The position numbers were made by a program, and so were the translations under genes. From Camelus ferus (Eukaryota): a stretch of DNA of 64,000 nucleotides. This document shows positions 27,801-42,800 of this stretch, piece by piece. The stretch is from assembly GCF_009834535.1 (NCBI RefSeq), contig NC_045696.1:120158001-120222000 (forward strand), written 5' to 3'. The notes beneath the pieces are model-generated. The model worked only from the letters and a program-made list of their open reading frames with translations, searched no databases and was not told the DNA's origin. Numbering within the stretch: the stretch's first letter is position 1; each line of letters opens with the position of its first letter.

Positions 27801-30800
27801 TTTCTTTCATATTTTCTATTTCTTTATCTTTCTGTGCTGCATTCGGAATAACTTCTTCAGTTTCTAGTTCACCAATCCTTATGTTAAATGTTTAATGTGC
27901 CATTAACCTGCTGATTGGAGTTTTGATTTCATTTATTCTAATTTCACTTCAAGAAGTTCTGTTTGATTCTTTCTCATATCTGCTTACCCCCCACCCTTTT
28001 TTAAAATATAGATGCTTTTTTTTCCTTAGCTCATTTTTTGGGTTATTTAAATGATTAAAGATATTTATTTTACATTTTGATAATTCCAATATCTATAGTC
28101 ATTATAAGTCTAATTTGTTGTCTGTTGGATCTGCTGGCTTCTCCCTCATGGTGTCTACCTCCTATGTGTTGTAATTTTTGATTGACACTCATTTTTGATG
28201 GAACTTTATCTGTGAGAAGTCACTGAGTGGAGGTTGTTTGCTTCTGCCACATACTTGGTGGCACTACCTCCTGGGACCACTTTAAAATAAGTGATCACCT
28301 TGTGGGTTTTCACACCACACACGTCCAGAGTGATCAGGAGTCCTCCGGCAGCCAATAGCTGTGACTCTTCTAGATTCCTGCTTTCTCTTTGTCTAAACTC
28401 TAAGCATCTCTCTTTTTCTTTATCAGCTCATGGATGCATGTGAGATGTAATTTAATTTGTTATTTGGATTTTAAATTGTTTTTTGAAGGGAAGATTGTTC
28501 AGGGCATCTAGTCTGCCACATAGTCAGATTTAGAACTTTCTACTCTTGGCTAGAATGTGAAACTATGTGAAAAAATTTCCTGGTGTGTGTGACTTATGTA
28601 ATACAGATTCTTTTTGTATTTCTTTGTCTTTTTCTAGGGTGATCGTGGAGTCCCAGGGTCATCTGGAGAAAAAGGAAACAGGGGAAATCGGGTAAAGTGT
28701 GAGAAGATTCTTCTCCCACATCTCTCAGATTCCTGCTGCAGAAACTGACCTGGACAGCTTATTTCTAAACTCTGGGAAAGCGTCATCTGTACTGCGTTGG
28801 GAGTGAAAGGGTGATAAATATTAGATTAGTCTTTGGAACTTCTACTTAAGGCCTGACTCTGCTGATAGTGAAATGGGTCATGGGAACCAGCTTACTTAAC
28901 CTTTTGTGCTTTATCATGGGCGTCATTCCCTTTTGCGCAAGCTTTTCATAGCTTCCTGTCACCAGTGATGTAGTCTGACATGCAAGGCCTTTCAACCACA
29001 TCCTTCACTAATCTCAGTCCAGAAGTGTCCTTCCCAGTCAAACTGGGCTCCTCACTGTCCCCTGGAGATTCCTTCTGCACGCCGAGCTCTGTGTCTCACC
29101 CTCACTCAGTACTTCATCCTGGAACGCCTTTCCCCTGCATCCATCTTCAGTGCTTACTTGAACCTCACCTTTCCTTCAGTTTCCACCTCCTCTCTTTCCT
29201 CCTAATGATGCCCTCCTTGACCATGTCGGTCTGTAGTGACCTCCCCCTTTTCTGCATCCTCCCGGTGTCCATTGTTTGGACTATCTGCTTGACTGTGACT
29301 ATGCACTGTGCTGGTCACTCTCTCCATGTGAGGGAGGGCAGGTACCTGGCGTATGTACTGCAACTCCCCCTTCCTGTGCCCAGGCAGACATTACTAACCA
29401 ATTTCCCTTCCCATGCCCATGTAGACATTACTAACCGATGATGGATTCCAGCCTGAAGGATCCAACTTGACACAGCACTGTAATCAGCTTCTGTTGATTC
29501 ACTGGATTAGATAAAGGAGGTTAAATTTATTTACTTATGTTTTTATTACCCCTATGGAATTAGAGCAATGCTTTTACCCTTAGGCGTGGATTGATTTCCT
29601 GATACATGAAACAGAGAGTCGCAAGACAATGACTCTTTACTGAGGTTTAATTTCCAACCTGCAGTTTGTGGATCAGATTTTGGAGAAGGTGGAGCACACT
29701 ACATTCCCTTCAAGACTGGAGAGCCTTCAGTTTCCACCAAAATTAGTTGAATTCAGTAAATGCCTGTCAAGTGCTTCCTACCTGTAGGGCATTTTGGCGG
29801 ACACAAAGAAGGGTTCAGAGGTAAATGAATCAAGGTTATGACCAATAAAGAGCTGGTTTCCTGGTGCAGGAGATAAGATTTGTACAGGAATAACTCTAAT
29901 ACAAGATAGGATAAGATAAAGGCTGTAAGAATGGTACAAATAAAGAATCAATGGGAGCCCGGTGACTTGGAGAGGAATCTCAAGTACAGTGGCCTTTCTC
30001 CATCCAATCAGTCAACAAAATTCACTGAGCATCTATTGTAATTTAGGGAAGACTGTAGAATGGGGACCAAAATAGGCATGAGTTCTGTTTCTCAGGACTT
30101 GCCTCTGTGGGGTGAAACAGATATTAATGAAATAATCATGGAAATAGATGTAAGATTACTGCTGAGATAAGTACGTGAAAGGCAGGGAAATGGCACAGGG
30201 ATCTGATCCAGCCTGTGCAGTCAGGAAGGCTTCATTGAGGGAGTAACGATGGAATGAAATTTAAAAGATGGTAAGGGAGGAGGAAGGGGATGTGAGACCA
30301 GCCTTCCCTACTGAGGCCCTGTGGCATTTGAGAATGTGCTCAGGGTGGAGAAGACTCGGGCATTCCAGGGAACACAGGAAATCAAGACATTCTCCACTGA
30401 GACCTCTGTGAGACACACACACACACACACACAGGGTATTCCAGGTTAAGAAAAAGAAAAGGCTTAGATTAAAAGAACTCAGAGTGGTTTTGGAAAACAA
30501 AGATTCCACTTCAACAAGAGTGGAGGGTGAGATCAAAAGTATAAAGAGTGGGAGGACAGTCTGGAAGGGCAAGTTGGAGCCAATTTGATGCCATGTTTTA
30601 AGGGTTTTGTTCTTTTCTGCTGAGTCACCAGGTGCTGTTGAAAGTTTCTAAGCAAGGAAGACATGTGTTCAAAGCTACAGGTTTGGAAGATTACTCTGGA
30701 AGCCAGTGTCTGGGTCAGAAAAAGGAGGGACTATATGTTGGACAAAACATAATAGGCACCATATGTCAGGCCCTGTACTCAGCATTTTAATTTACTATTC

Positions 30801-33800
30801 CGTTGAATCCCTATAACAGCCCTATAAGATAAGTATGTCTATTTCACCGATGAGAAAATTGTTTTGAACTGAGAAGTCAAAGAAATTTGCCTTGGTTGTC
30901 AATTAAGCAGCAGGATTAGAATTTAGAATTAACTAATTCCTTCTTACCATTGTATCAGACCGGGGAAGACGTGAAGAAAGGTCTCCAGTAACAGTATGAG
31001 GTGGCTTCTTGTGGAACCCAGAGAACATCCCATTTCCTGTGTGTCTGAGGGTCAGATTTCAGAGGGGGCCCCACTTCACTATTCTCAGGGTGTGGTGTGT
31101 ACCCTCCAGAACCAGGTACATAACATCATCCGAGGAAGGCTCCTGCAGTGGGGGGGGGCTCTCCCCAATTCTGTGATTCTGTAGGAACTATGGCACAGAG
31201 GTGGTACCACTAAAAGCAAGGTTTAACAAATTTTTTTTTTTTATTGAAGTGTAGTTGATTTACAATGTTAGCTTCAAGAGTACAGCAAAGTGATTCAGTT
31301 GTACATATACATACACATATATATTTTTTTCTTTTTATATTCTTTTCCATTATATGTTATTACAGGGTATTGAATGTAGTTTCCTGTGCTATACGGTAGG
31401 ACCTTGTTGTTCATCTATTTTAGATACAGTCATGTGTATCTAACAGCAGGTTTTAAGAGAAGCAACCATTTGCTTTTCATGCCATAGTCTTATGGCAAGT
31501 TGCTCCACCTCTCTGGTTCCCTGCCTGTAGCAGTCAGGAGCTCCAGAAGCATTTCTCTCTCTTCCCTTCTCTTTTTCATAAGATCTTGCGCTGCTAATAC
31601 TGATGGGGAGAGCCTTCTTTTTCTTACATGTATTTCTGTGTAGGAGCATCAGGAAGTTGTGAAAAGATCCAGGGTATTGGTGGTAGGGGGACAGGGTCTG
31701 ACTTCCCTGAGTCTCAGTTTCCTCATATGTAGCAGGTTAATTCTTGAATTGTGAGGGTTAAATGAGGCAATGCACATATAGGGCCAAGTGTATCCCAGAT
31801 TTCCAATAAAAGTATGTTCTTTTCTGTGTCTCAACCTCACCTCTTTGGCAGCTAATGCTTTAAAGTTCACGTACTACATTGCTCTTTTAATTTGAATCTC
31901 ATTTGCCATTTCCCTTTAGGCAATAGATGATTTTAAAAAGTGACACTTCTTAAAAATTTGATTTAAGGGCTTGCCTGGACCACCTGGACGACCTGGCGAG
32001 CGCGGAGAGCCTGGGCTGAGGGGAGATTTTGTGAGTAGTGGGGTTTCAGGGATTTCTGCTGCTCTAATCCAGGGATTGTGAATTGTTTGCTTGGGCACAA
32101 AGGCAGAGGACAATGAATTATTCATTAATGAGGCATCTGTTCAGCCTGCCTTAGTATTGCGACCAATAGGAGATTTGAAAGGAAGTCCATCTTATACAAC
32201 GTTTGGGCTCTTAAAGAGTTTAGGATTTTAATTGCACTGGGTATTTGGAATACTGAGCAGGCTCAGACAACTGAAAGGATCCACTTTGGTGCCTTTTCTT
32301 TTTTAATAATCATACTTTGCCTACCCATTTGAGCCAAGCAACCTTTTATTTTCCCAGGGGGATCCTGGAACTGATAGTTTCACCCAAGGCCCCAAGGGGG
32401 AAAAAGGGAGGCGTGGACACCAGGTAAGACGGTCTCCCTCCCTTTGGGGCTACTGGTGCCCTGGGAGCAGATGCTGGCTGGGGCAGGAGTCATGGGCATT
32501 CAGGTTGGATCAGCAGAGAAAACCACAGTAAAAACGTATGGTCTCCACTGTCCGTGGGGACAGGAGCTCTGAATGCTAATCTCTACTTATATCCTTGTCC
32601 TAGCATCTCTGTCTCCTGGTTTATTATTATTTTTTTGTACAGATCTTACCTCCCACAGCATTAGTAATTTAAGTTACTTTACCTCTTTTGTCCTTGGTTT
32701 CCTCATCTCCAAATTGAAAATATGGGACTCAATGATACCTAAGACCTTTCAGTTTTAAAATTCTCCAATTTTATAATGATGCCTTGATTTAAAAAATGCT
32801 CAGGGTCATCACCCCGCTCGCTTGCTTTCTGTCATGGCAACTGTAAATTGATGTGTATGGGGTACCATCCATTTTTAAAGATAAGATCTTTGTCTAGTTC
32901 TAAATACTAGAAGCATTGTGATAAGAGTCATCACAGAAGAAAAAAGACTTGCTATCTTGACAGAGACCAATTTGTTGAAAGGTATTTTTAGATTTTTACG
33001 CCCAAGACATTAAAATGCAAGATTCTGAAAAATGACTGAAATAACCCAGGTACCTCCATCCATAGAGTTCATCCTTCCCAGTTTCCAGGAATGGGGTGTG
33101 CATAGCAAAATGCTCACAACTGCAGAGGAACTTCCGTTTGCTTTAAACTCCAATTTGCAACCTTTGACAAAAACCTTAGGACATCCATTCTCCTCCCTGA
33201 ATTTTGGCTAGTTCGCAACCATTTTATATACGCCCAGGTTCTGAATAAAGTCCAGTTTGTAACAAGATCATTATTACGCAGCTATGTGAGAAAATTGTCA
33301 TGATTTGCTGCAAGAATTTCTCATCCTGTTGTCGATTACAGTTGTTTTGGACCAACTGTGAGGATTTTCTTTGGTGAGTTGAGATCAGAGAGCCGTGTGA
33401 ATTGCCTCAATCAGCTATGGGATTGAGCTAAGGGAACAGCAGGGCAGCCACCCTGAACCCATCCCGGCCCCAGTTTCCTCATCCGCAGGGTGGGACTATT
33501 AGAGAAACCATTTCAAAGTTTCCAGGAGTCAGTGGTTGTCATGGCAAGAAAGGTCTTGATCTGTATCATCTGTGGTTTGCTCATGGTTTCACTGCTGGAA
33601 AGGAACTCAGGTCTCTAGACAAATTGTCCACTGCTGCGTCCATCTCGGCACCGGGGGGACCCTCCTGCTCACAGCTTTCCGAGGTATCCGAGGTGTCCGT
33701 CGCTGACTTTAGCTAAGGGTTAACCTTGAACACCGGATCCCTGAATTGTGCGTGCAGGCAAAAAGGTACCTGAAACAGAGCCACGTCATGCTGCATTTTC

Positions 33801-36800
33801 CTTCCCTGTGCTTGCTACTCCCATGCTGAGCTCAAAGAAGGCTCCTAACTAAGCGTTCTTTGAGTAGATTTGGATGATGGAAGTCCCTCCCGCCAGTTAC
33901 ACAAGCCTGCAGCCGGTGCACGCTGACGGCCTAGCCTGTTAGGTGCTTTGAGAAGAGAGCCCTTTAGGGGTCAGTCTTTCCTCGGTTTTACCAAAGAGCA
34001 GATTGAATGTAATCTGGATGGAGAAGGGGCCCTGATGAAGCCGTCTTTCAAACCACAGAGGAACTTTATTCTATGCCTAGAATTTGGGGAAGGGATGGGA
34101 AACCAGTGATGGCTTCACACTTCCGGGAGAATGAAAAGCAATACAACCTTTGTGGAAGGCAATCAGTCAACATATGTCAGTTAGAACAGCTGTTTTTTGT
34201 TTGTGTTTTTTAATATGCAAGTGACAGAAAGCCTGACTGGCAGGCTTTAGCTGACAAATGTGTTTGATAATCCAGGTGGGGGCAGGTTTGGTACACGAGC
34301 TCAGCGATGTATCAAAACCCAGTGATGTCATCAAAACCCAGTGATGTCATCAGGGACTCAGCTCCTTCTTTCCAGGGTGCCATCTGCAGTGTGGTTCTTG
34401 GGCTGGGCATTAAGGATTTCATCTCCACTGTTACATGAAATGGCAGCAGGAGAGGGGCTTTCTTTCATCAGGGCACTCCCAGAAATACTCTGTTTATAGC
34501 TCATTTGGCTCATTGGCTGGGTCCTGGGCTCCCCACCCACCCTCACCCCATTTTAAGAGTGCCGGAGAAAGGACGTCTCTGACAGAGGAGATGAGATTGT
34601 CATGATTGGCCTAGACCTGTTGTAACTCAGCCCTTAGAGTGGGGCGTGTTGTTGCACCAAACAAAACTGAGATTTTTGTCAGCAAGGAAGAAAGGGGAGG
34701 GTTTGTTGCGTGGTCGCTAACTGTACCTGCCACTACTTAACATGTGCATGTCCTTTGACCCAGTCTTCCCAGCTCTAAAAATTTATCCAGAAGCGTATCA
34801 TGGATCAAACAAGGTTTTAACTCCAAAGATGGTCAAGGTGGTGATTTTTAATCACTGCAAAGCTTACGTGTTCAATGAAAAGGGATTGTTCGTATAAATG
34901 ATGGTGTACCAACATGATAAAATATTATTAAGCCATGAAAAATAATTTAGAAGACTATTTCTAAGAAGGAAAACATTCATGGTATGATACTAAGTGAAAA
35001 AAACCAGATTACAAAACTCTGTATTCCACAAGGGGTCCAAATGGGTAGAAGATATCTGTATCTATTTTTCCTAGAAGGATAAACAGCCAGAAGTTGTGCA
35101 TTTATTATCTTTAACCTTGTTCTCTAAATTGTTGAAATAGTCTGTGATGAACCTGTTCTACTTTTTACCCCAACTTTTTATTTTGAAAAATTTTAAACCT
35201 GCAGAAAAAGTTGTAGCTTCAAGACAAGTGTAACGAACACCAATTGTTACCACTGACCCCACTTTACGTCTCTCTGTACAAATACATGGGTAATATATGT
35301 ACATATTTTGCTGAGTCATTTGAGGACTAATTGGAACAAAGGCATTCTCCTATACAAGCAAAATACAGTCATCACATTTGAAAAATTTTTATATCGATGC
35401 AAAATTATTTTCTAATATACAGCCCACATTCAGATTTCCACACTTGCCCCAGTAACGCCCTTTACAGCTATTTTTATTGTTGTCCCCGGACCCAGTCAAG
35501 GATTATGTGGTGCATTTCATTGTCTTGGTCACAACTGTTGCCCAGTTATTTGTTTGTTCACATGACATTGATGATCTAGACCAGTACACCAACATCCCTC
35601 AATTAGAATTTACCTGATTGTTTCCTCATGACTAGATTCAGGTTAAGCATTTGTAAAAGGAGATTAATTAATGCTGGACCCTTCTCAGTCACCAGGTGGG
35701 ACACTGCCAGTCTCTCTCATTATTGGTCCATTAATTTTGTCATTTGATTAAGATGGTGTCCACCAGATTTATCCATTGTGAACATACTTTTCCCTCTGTC
35801 CAGTGATTAATCTGGAAGATGACACCCTGAGACTGCATAGTTCTTATTTACCAACCATCTTTTACCCAATGATTCTAGCATCTGCCCAAATAATTCTTTT
35901 ACTATTCTGGCTGCAAATAAATTATTTACTGTTGAAATAAGAAAATGATAAACATTTTAAGAAAGAATCTTTATTACATCTGGACTAATTGTGAGTGTTT
36001 TACTTAAAGCTTTCTCCCTCATAAAACCTACTTTATTGTAAAAATTCCAATTATAAAAGTAACACCACAGATATTTGAGAGTACAGAAATGTAAAACATA
36101 GAGGAAAAAATTCAGGAGTTCCAGTAACTAAGAAAACCATCAGCTTACTAGACCTTCCTAACTTGTTGATGGCAAAGTTACTCTCCCTGAGACATTCAGA
36201 TGAGGATCCCATGAGCTTATTAAGAAATGTTCTAGAACAATATAAAAAAATGAGGAATCACCATTTTGTCTTTCTCCTTATCTGGGATAAATTATTTACT
36301 CACAAAATTTAGCATACTTGGAAAGAACAACATGATAGCACAATTTTTTTCTACTTTATAAACTTTTGATAAATACAGTTTTTGATTGTTTTTATACGAT
36401 TACAATAAGCATTTCTACTGTAATGTAATTAACACATCTCTCACTTCATGGAATATTTAAATTGTATCAGAATTTAATCTGTTGTAAGTAACAGTTAGAA
36501 GAATAGCTTTTCACAAAATGTTTTTGTTTCTGTATTAAAAAAATTTTTTTTAATTGAAGTACAGTCAGTTACAATGTATTGATTTCTGGTGTACAGCATC
36601 ATGTCCCAGTCATGTGTATATAACGCATATATTCATTTTCATATTCTTTTTCATTAAAGGTTATTACAGGGTATTGAATATAGTTCCCTATGCTGTATAG
36701 CAGAAACTTGTTTTTTAATCTATTTTCATATATGGTGGTTAACCTTTGCAAATCTCAGACTCCCAAATTTATCCCTTCCCACCCTCTTTCCCCCATTAAT

Positions 36801-39800
36801 CATAAAATTGTTTACTATGTCTGCGAATTTGTTTCTGTTTTGTATGTTTCTGTATTTCATATTCTTTGCCAATTTATGGATTCTTACTGAGTTAGCATGA
36901 AACTTCACTGAGTAATTATCTAAAATATCCCTATTTGGGACCCAAGATGTTTTTTTCCATTCTCCTGAAATGTGGACTCAGTTTGGTTTTCTCTGGACAC
37001 CACTCATTTTCCCACTTCAGACCTTAAAGAGGTGAGAGTGCTAGGGAGTGTCCCCATCATGACTGAATAGCCTCCCCTCGCACCATCTGGTCTACCCATC
37101 ACTCCACATGTGCAGAGACCACTCTTCTGTTTCCTTTTGCACATTTTTCAAGTATTAAACCTGGCTTCTTGGCAAGTACGTATGACTACTGTCCCAGCAT
37201 GGTGAACCCTTGCTGGATATTGTTCAGCAAACAATCTGGGGAGAAAATGCCCACAATGTGGATATTTCAGAACACCAAATTAAATCCATTTGCTTCTAGA
37301 GGAAAGCTGACCAACAGAAGTTTCTAGATCACAGAACTGTTCTGTATCTGTGCTGTCCAATATGGTAGCCACCAGCCACCTGTGGTTATTGAACACTTGA
37401 AATGTACCTACTGTAACTAAGGAACTAAATTTTAAATTTAACTTACTTTAGATTAATTTAAACTTAAGAGCCACATGGGGCTAGTTAGTGGTTTCTGTGT
37501 GGGACAGCCCATATCTAGAGGGTAAACCCAGAAGTGTGTGGACATCTAAAAAGATCTCTTTACCTCTTTCTTGTCAGGGAAGTTCTAACATTGATGGACC
37601 TCACGGGGGAACTGGAAGTGTTGGCCCTCAGGTAGGTATAGCCACTTGTTGGATGTATTTCATCTGCTTTTGTGGGAGAGAGAGAGAGGCTGGGGTGAAA
37701 ACAGGCTTGTTTCCTTCTCTAAGGTCTCCACTTTCCTTCTATCCTTAGGGTCCAAGAGGAAGACAAGGTCTGCCAGGATTGAAGGTCAGTGCTTTCTGGA
37801 AAGAGTCACTTCTTATTGCACACATATGGCTTCTGTAAATAGTTCTGTCTGGGGTCAAGGCAGGTGTTGGTTGGGCTGATGGAGGCTGCGTGATCCCTGA
37901 GAGGTTTCCATCGAGAAGGGAAACTTTATATGGTTCCTCTCTGCTCCCTCCCCAACCTGCTGTAACAGTTCATCTAGATTGAAAATAAGCTAACATCTTA
38001 AAGAATTGCTTTTACCTCTGAAATAGTGATTTTTTCATTTAAAGAAGTGGGACTTACTACAAGTACATAAGGGGGTCTCATAGTCACTAAATAAAGAGAA
38101 AAGACCAAGCGGTTACAATTTCCGAAGAAGGGTTATCTGAGGGTGGGGTCGGGCATCTCTGTAGGGGAATCATATTTTACAAAGCATTTGTCTAACACTT
38201 CATTTATATGACCTCATTTAACCTTTCTACAACCCCAGGAGTTATGACCATCACTGGTTACTTTTTATGGATAAGAGAGGAAATAAAGGTTTAGCAAAGT
38301 GAAGTTAGTTGTCAGAGACCACATAGCTAATAAGTAAGTGGTGGAGATAGGGTTCAAATCCAAAGATCAAGGTGCTCTTGGAAATTTTTGTTCAAAATGA
38401 GAGTTATGTGGACTCCTCTCTAATGTGGTCTGGTCCTGCTCTGCTGGTATTTTTTTTCTTCCTAGCATTCTCAGGATTTAGGGATGGAGGAGAGGTCAGA
38501 GACTGACTTATGTCATCTCTGAGCCTGGGAATGGCTGAGCGCGCGCGCGTGTGTGTGTGTGTGTGGTGGGTGGGCAGTGACCTCCTCAGTACAAAAGAAG
38601 GTGAGACTCCTGTGTCTTCAAACTAAACATGTTGGAAAAGCATGGCTATTGAGAAATTTCAAGTCTCAAAAATGCAAACAAGCTTTGTCGACACCAAGTA
38701 AAATATGACTTCTCGTAAAATGTTGAGGCTTGAAATAGATTCTTATGCTTTTAATTCAGTTTGAACATTTGTGAAATAATGTCTTGAACTATCATTTTAG
38801 TCTATTGTTTTTAGCTTCCAAAAGGCAGAAAGAAATAGACTACAACTTGACTAGGCTAAGTTTTGGAGAAATTAAATGGCTCAGTGGAAAGAATTTCCTA
38901 CTCTTGAATTATTTAATATTTTTGCGATCCTGTGTGTGGTTTATCTAACTAGCCATCGGCCGTGGGTCCTCTGCCCAGTTGGGTCTTGGTTATTTTTGGT
39001 TTGCTAAACTGAACTCCATCTCCTATGTCTTTCCTTTTTATTTAATTTGAACCAGAGCTCAGCCTGTGCATAATTTTAAAGTCAGATTGCTTACTTTGCT
39101 ATTTCTTTGTTTTCCATTTTGAATGTTTTTCTATTGAATTCTTCTAATGGAGAACAAAGATTTTTCTTAACCTGTCCATCACTTCCATACACTTCCCCTC
39201 AACTCATCCTTATAATACACTTATTTTCTCTACTTTTGGTCAAATCAATTCATCATTCAGATGATGACTGATAAACATCACAAATAGCTGTAAATGATAT
39301 TTATCCGTCACTTTTGTATTCCTTGAGTCACCCTCTCTCCCCAGGTGCCTATTACTAGTTAATCATAAAGCTTTTCTACAAAACTGCTCACCTCCCAATA
39401 TTTCTAACATGTGAGGTTTATTTTTCTTAGATTCCTCCTTCCTGAGCCCTCTGTCCTCCTGCTCTAATCCTGGCTGATTGTTCTCTGGGCCTCTGCACTG
39501 TTGTCTTCTGGGGACAGACTTTGAACAACAATCGTTCATTTTGGGAGCTGGGAAAAGTGTGTGACCACGGCCATCTTTAATAGAAAACCTCTCCCTTTAA
39601 TGCGTCATAATCTTGATGGATCCCTGTACTTTTTGCTCTTTTCAAGAATCACTATAGTTGTTTGTTCTTGTTTCTATTGAAGTTTGAGTTTTTAATAAGA
39701 GGAAAATTTATAACTACTTGCAGGTTCCAGAGTGAACTAGGTTTATCCAACAAGTCAGTGGTTTGCTAGTTAACCCAGTGTTGGAGCCGTGGTCATAGGA

Positions 39801-42800
39801 CTCGTTTATGTTTTGAGGCTGTAACTTGCTAAAGATCAGTCAGTATTATTGGGAAAATGTGGCTTAAAGAGGTGCTGAACTCCAGATTACAGTATCCCCT
39901 GACCTTGGGAAAATATGGTTCATTATTGTGTATAAATTAGATGTGCTGGCTTTTGCAAGGTGCATAATAAAATGAAATCTTAAATAAGATTTTATTTATG
40001 GAAAAAATTGTACTATGGCAAACAAATCAATGCACAGATTATTTGGCAATAAGGGAAAACTTTCTGTTACTTAAGATAAAATTAAGAATATCATTAATTT
40101 TTTAAATGTGCATAAACCCACCGCCCTCCTGCAATTATTTTCCTGTTTGTATGTTTCCTTTATTTGCATACATAATAAAGAGCTGTTTTTAATGTATATA
40201 CTATTTTATATTCTGCTTTTCTATGTTTCCAAATCTTACTAGTATCACTTTAATGCATTATATCCTACTCTGTTGAAGAACAGTGATTTACTAAACCATT
40301 CTAATGTTGAACATTTAGATAATTTCTATTTGTTTAAATATGACAGTGATGAAAAGAAAACGCTGTATCACGGGGCTTTTATTTTGTTCTTGCTTTTCTT
40401 TGCTGTAATGATTTCCCTAGTATAAATGTAAAAGAGTCTGACCTTTGCTGTACCGAGCCACATCATTTTCCAATCTGTTGTACTACAAATGTCACTAATG
40501 TGATGAGCAAATTGGCCCACATCTTCCAAACGATTTCAAAATGTCTAGCTACATGCCTTTTAAAACGTGACTCACACTTACGAATCTAGAAATCAACTCT
40601 TGAAGAATAGAACAATTTAACAGGAATGATTAGTAGAAGAGCTTCCAATTTATCTGAATGGTTTAAAGAACTTAAGAAGCACAAGTCATTGATCCACGTA
40701 TTGCTTCGATCTGAGCTTAGGGTTTCTTGTCTTTGCAAATCTGTGACTAATCAGTAACCCAGTCAACAGTGAGCAATGTGAAAAAGAAGGCAGCACTGGT
40801 CACAAAACAGGTATTATCCTCAATCTTGGAATATGTATCTTCTCTGTAGAAATGGAAATATTAACTTGAGGGAGGAATTAAGTCAGTTACCAGATGAATT
40901 ATTTTAATAGCTCACCCTGTGCCTAGAGAGCTAGCTCAGTGCTGTAAGAATCTGTAGGGTTTTAAAACCAGTTTTCTGCTATTTCTTTGTGTGCTGTGTG
41001 TGCCTTTGTCCCCAAATGCCACACATGCTGCTGAGCTCGACATTCTGAGTTTCCTCACAGGAGATAAAGGTCCTTAACACCAGGGACCATCTAGAAATTA
41101 AAAGGAATGGATGGGCTTTTAGGAACTGTTATTACGTAAATTGGGAGTTTGGGTTATTTAAACAAAGTGCTTTTATATTTAAAGAACTAGCTGTTCGGAA
41201 GGAGACTGGAAAAGACAGTAAGAATTTCCTAAGCAAATAAGTGGGACCCCCTCCCCCACCTCCTCCCTGATTCTGTGTCCTAAGAGGACTGAGTGCAGAC
41301 CTTCAGATCATTTTGCCTTTCTCTTGTGGCTTTCAAGTGACCTCTTGCAGGGAAGGCTGCCTTCAACAGGAACGCTGAAGATGCCTGGAGAACTCACTGA
41401 GTTTTCTTCCTTTCGACAGGGTATGCGTGGAGAATCTGGTGAACAAGGTTACCCAGGAGAGCTTGGGCATCCAGGCTCACAGGTTGTATCAGTGAACTTG
41501 CTTTTAGTGCTCAGCAATATTTGTTTGAAATTTTAACTTCTCTGATAGGAATTTAACATGTATCGGAACGTTCTTGGATGCTCCCTGCCAGGGCCTCCCT
41601 AAGCAAATTGTGTAGCGTCTTTTCTGGGGAGGCTAAACCCCGATGGCTAATATTTATTGAGCTTTTGTTGTGTCCTAGATACGACCCTAGGCACTTGTCT
41701 TACTTAGTTCATTGAAGCCTTCAGTGGGGAGGTTTTATCATCCTCGTTTTAGAGGGGAGAAATGGCGGGGGAGGGGGGCGGGCTGGAGAAGTGAGGTAAA
41801 CTGGCCAAGCTCGCACAGCTAGGAAGTGATGGAGGCTGGGTTCAGGTGCAGGCAGTCTAGTTATGAAGCCTGTGCTCTGAATTACTGCCTCTGAAGCTGT
41901 GAGTGCAAATTACTCAAATAGGATTTAATTCTTTAAAATTGGGATCAATTTGGCAGGAAAAATCAGCAGAGTATTTACTGAGTAGCCAGTATACACAGGG
42001 CACTTTGCAAACAGCCTGGGTCATTTAGACCATGAAGGCCAGGGTTTCACCCTGAAGGATTCAGTCCAGTGGGGCCTTGTAAACTATGGAGTGATAACCA
42101 GAAATTAAACTTCCAACCAGTTCCTTTGAAATCTCCTAAGCATAACCCAAATCTGTCATTCTGTAAACCCTTCTGGGACACTTTCTACATTTTTTTTTAA
42201 GCCACATTATTTCCAAGTACCCTTAAAAGGAGGAACTTGGCAACAACAAATTTTACTAACGCATTGAATCGTTCTCCGTAATGTTAAAAATCCTATTAGT
42301 GTCAGACGGTCATTTAAGAAAGTTTCTGCTGTTTTTGCACTTGACAAAGGGACTGAAGAAAGAGCTGGGTCAAATCAGAGTGTAATTAGAGATGCGACTG
42401 TATTTATTTTATGGTAGAAAATAGTGTCCACAACCTAGGGGGGAAGAGCTGAGAGATACTTACGGCTTTCCTCTTGAACACTGGCTCAATTCAAATTTAA
42501 CTGTGGACCCCCCACCACTGTTGTGTCCTGGGCTTCTCCTTTGGGTTCACTTCATTGTATGGCTGAACACAGGAGAGCAAGTCATGTTGTGAACCATGAG
42601 GGAGATAATCGGTAAAAGCTCCCCTGGATTCTCACCTTCCCACTGCGGATGGTATGGGATGGTGATTAAAAAACCTCACCCAGGGATGGAGAAGCCCGGT
42701 CAATCCTTCACAGAGGAAAGCATCTCTCAGAAAAGTGGGAGAAAATCTAAAGCGGCAAAAAGAAATCAGTAAAGTAAGTAAAGTAAAATAGATCAGGGAG

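Noticed and set aside
32367..32390. Helix interruptions GTDSFTQG and GYG (46947-46955) as signs of decay
   Set aside because: Two imperfections at these positions are normal for collagen VI long chains, and the 66- and 51-nt exon sizes fit them.
38538..38565. (GC)n(GT)n potential Z-DNA
   Set aside because: Short, common microsatellite far from exon boundaries.
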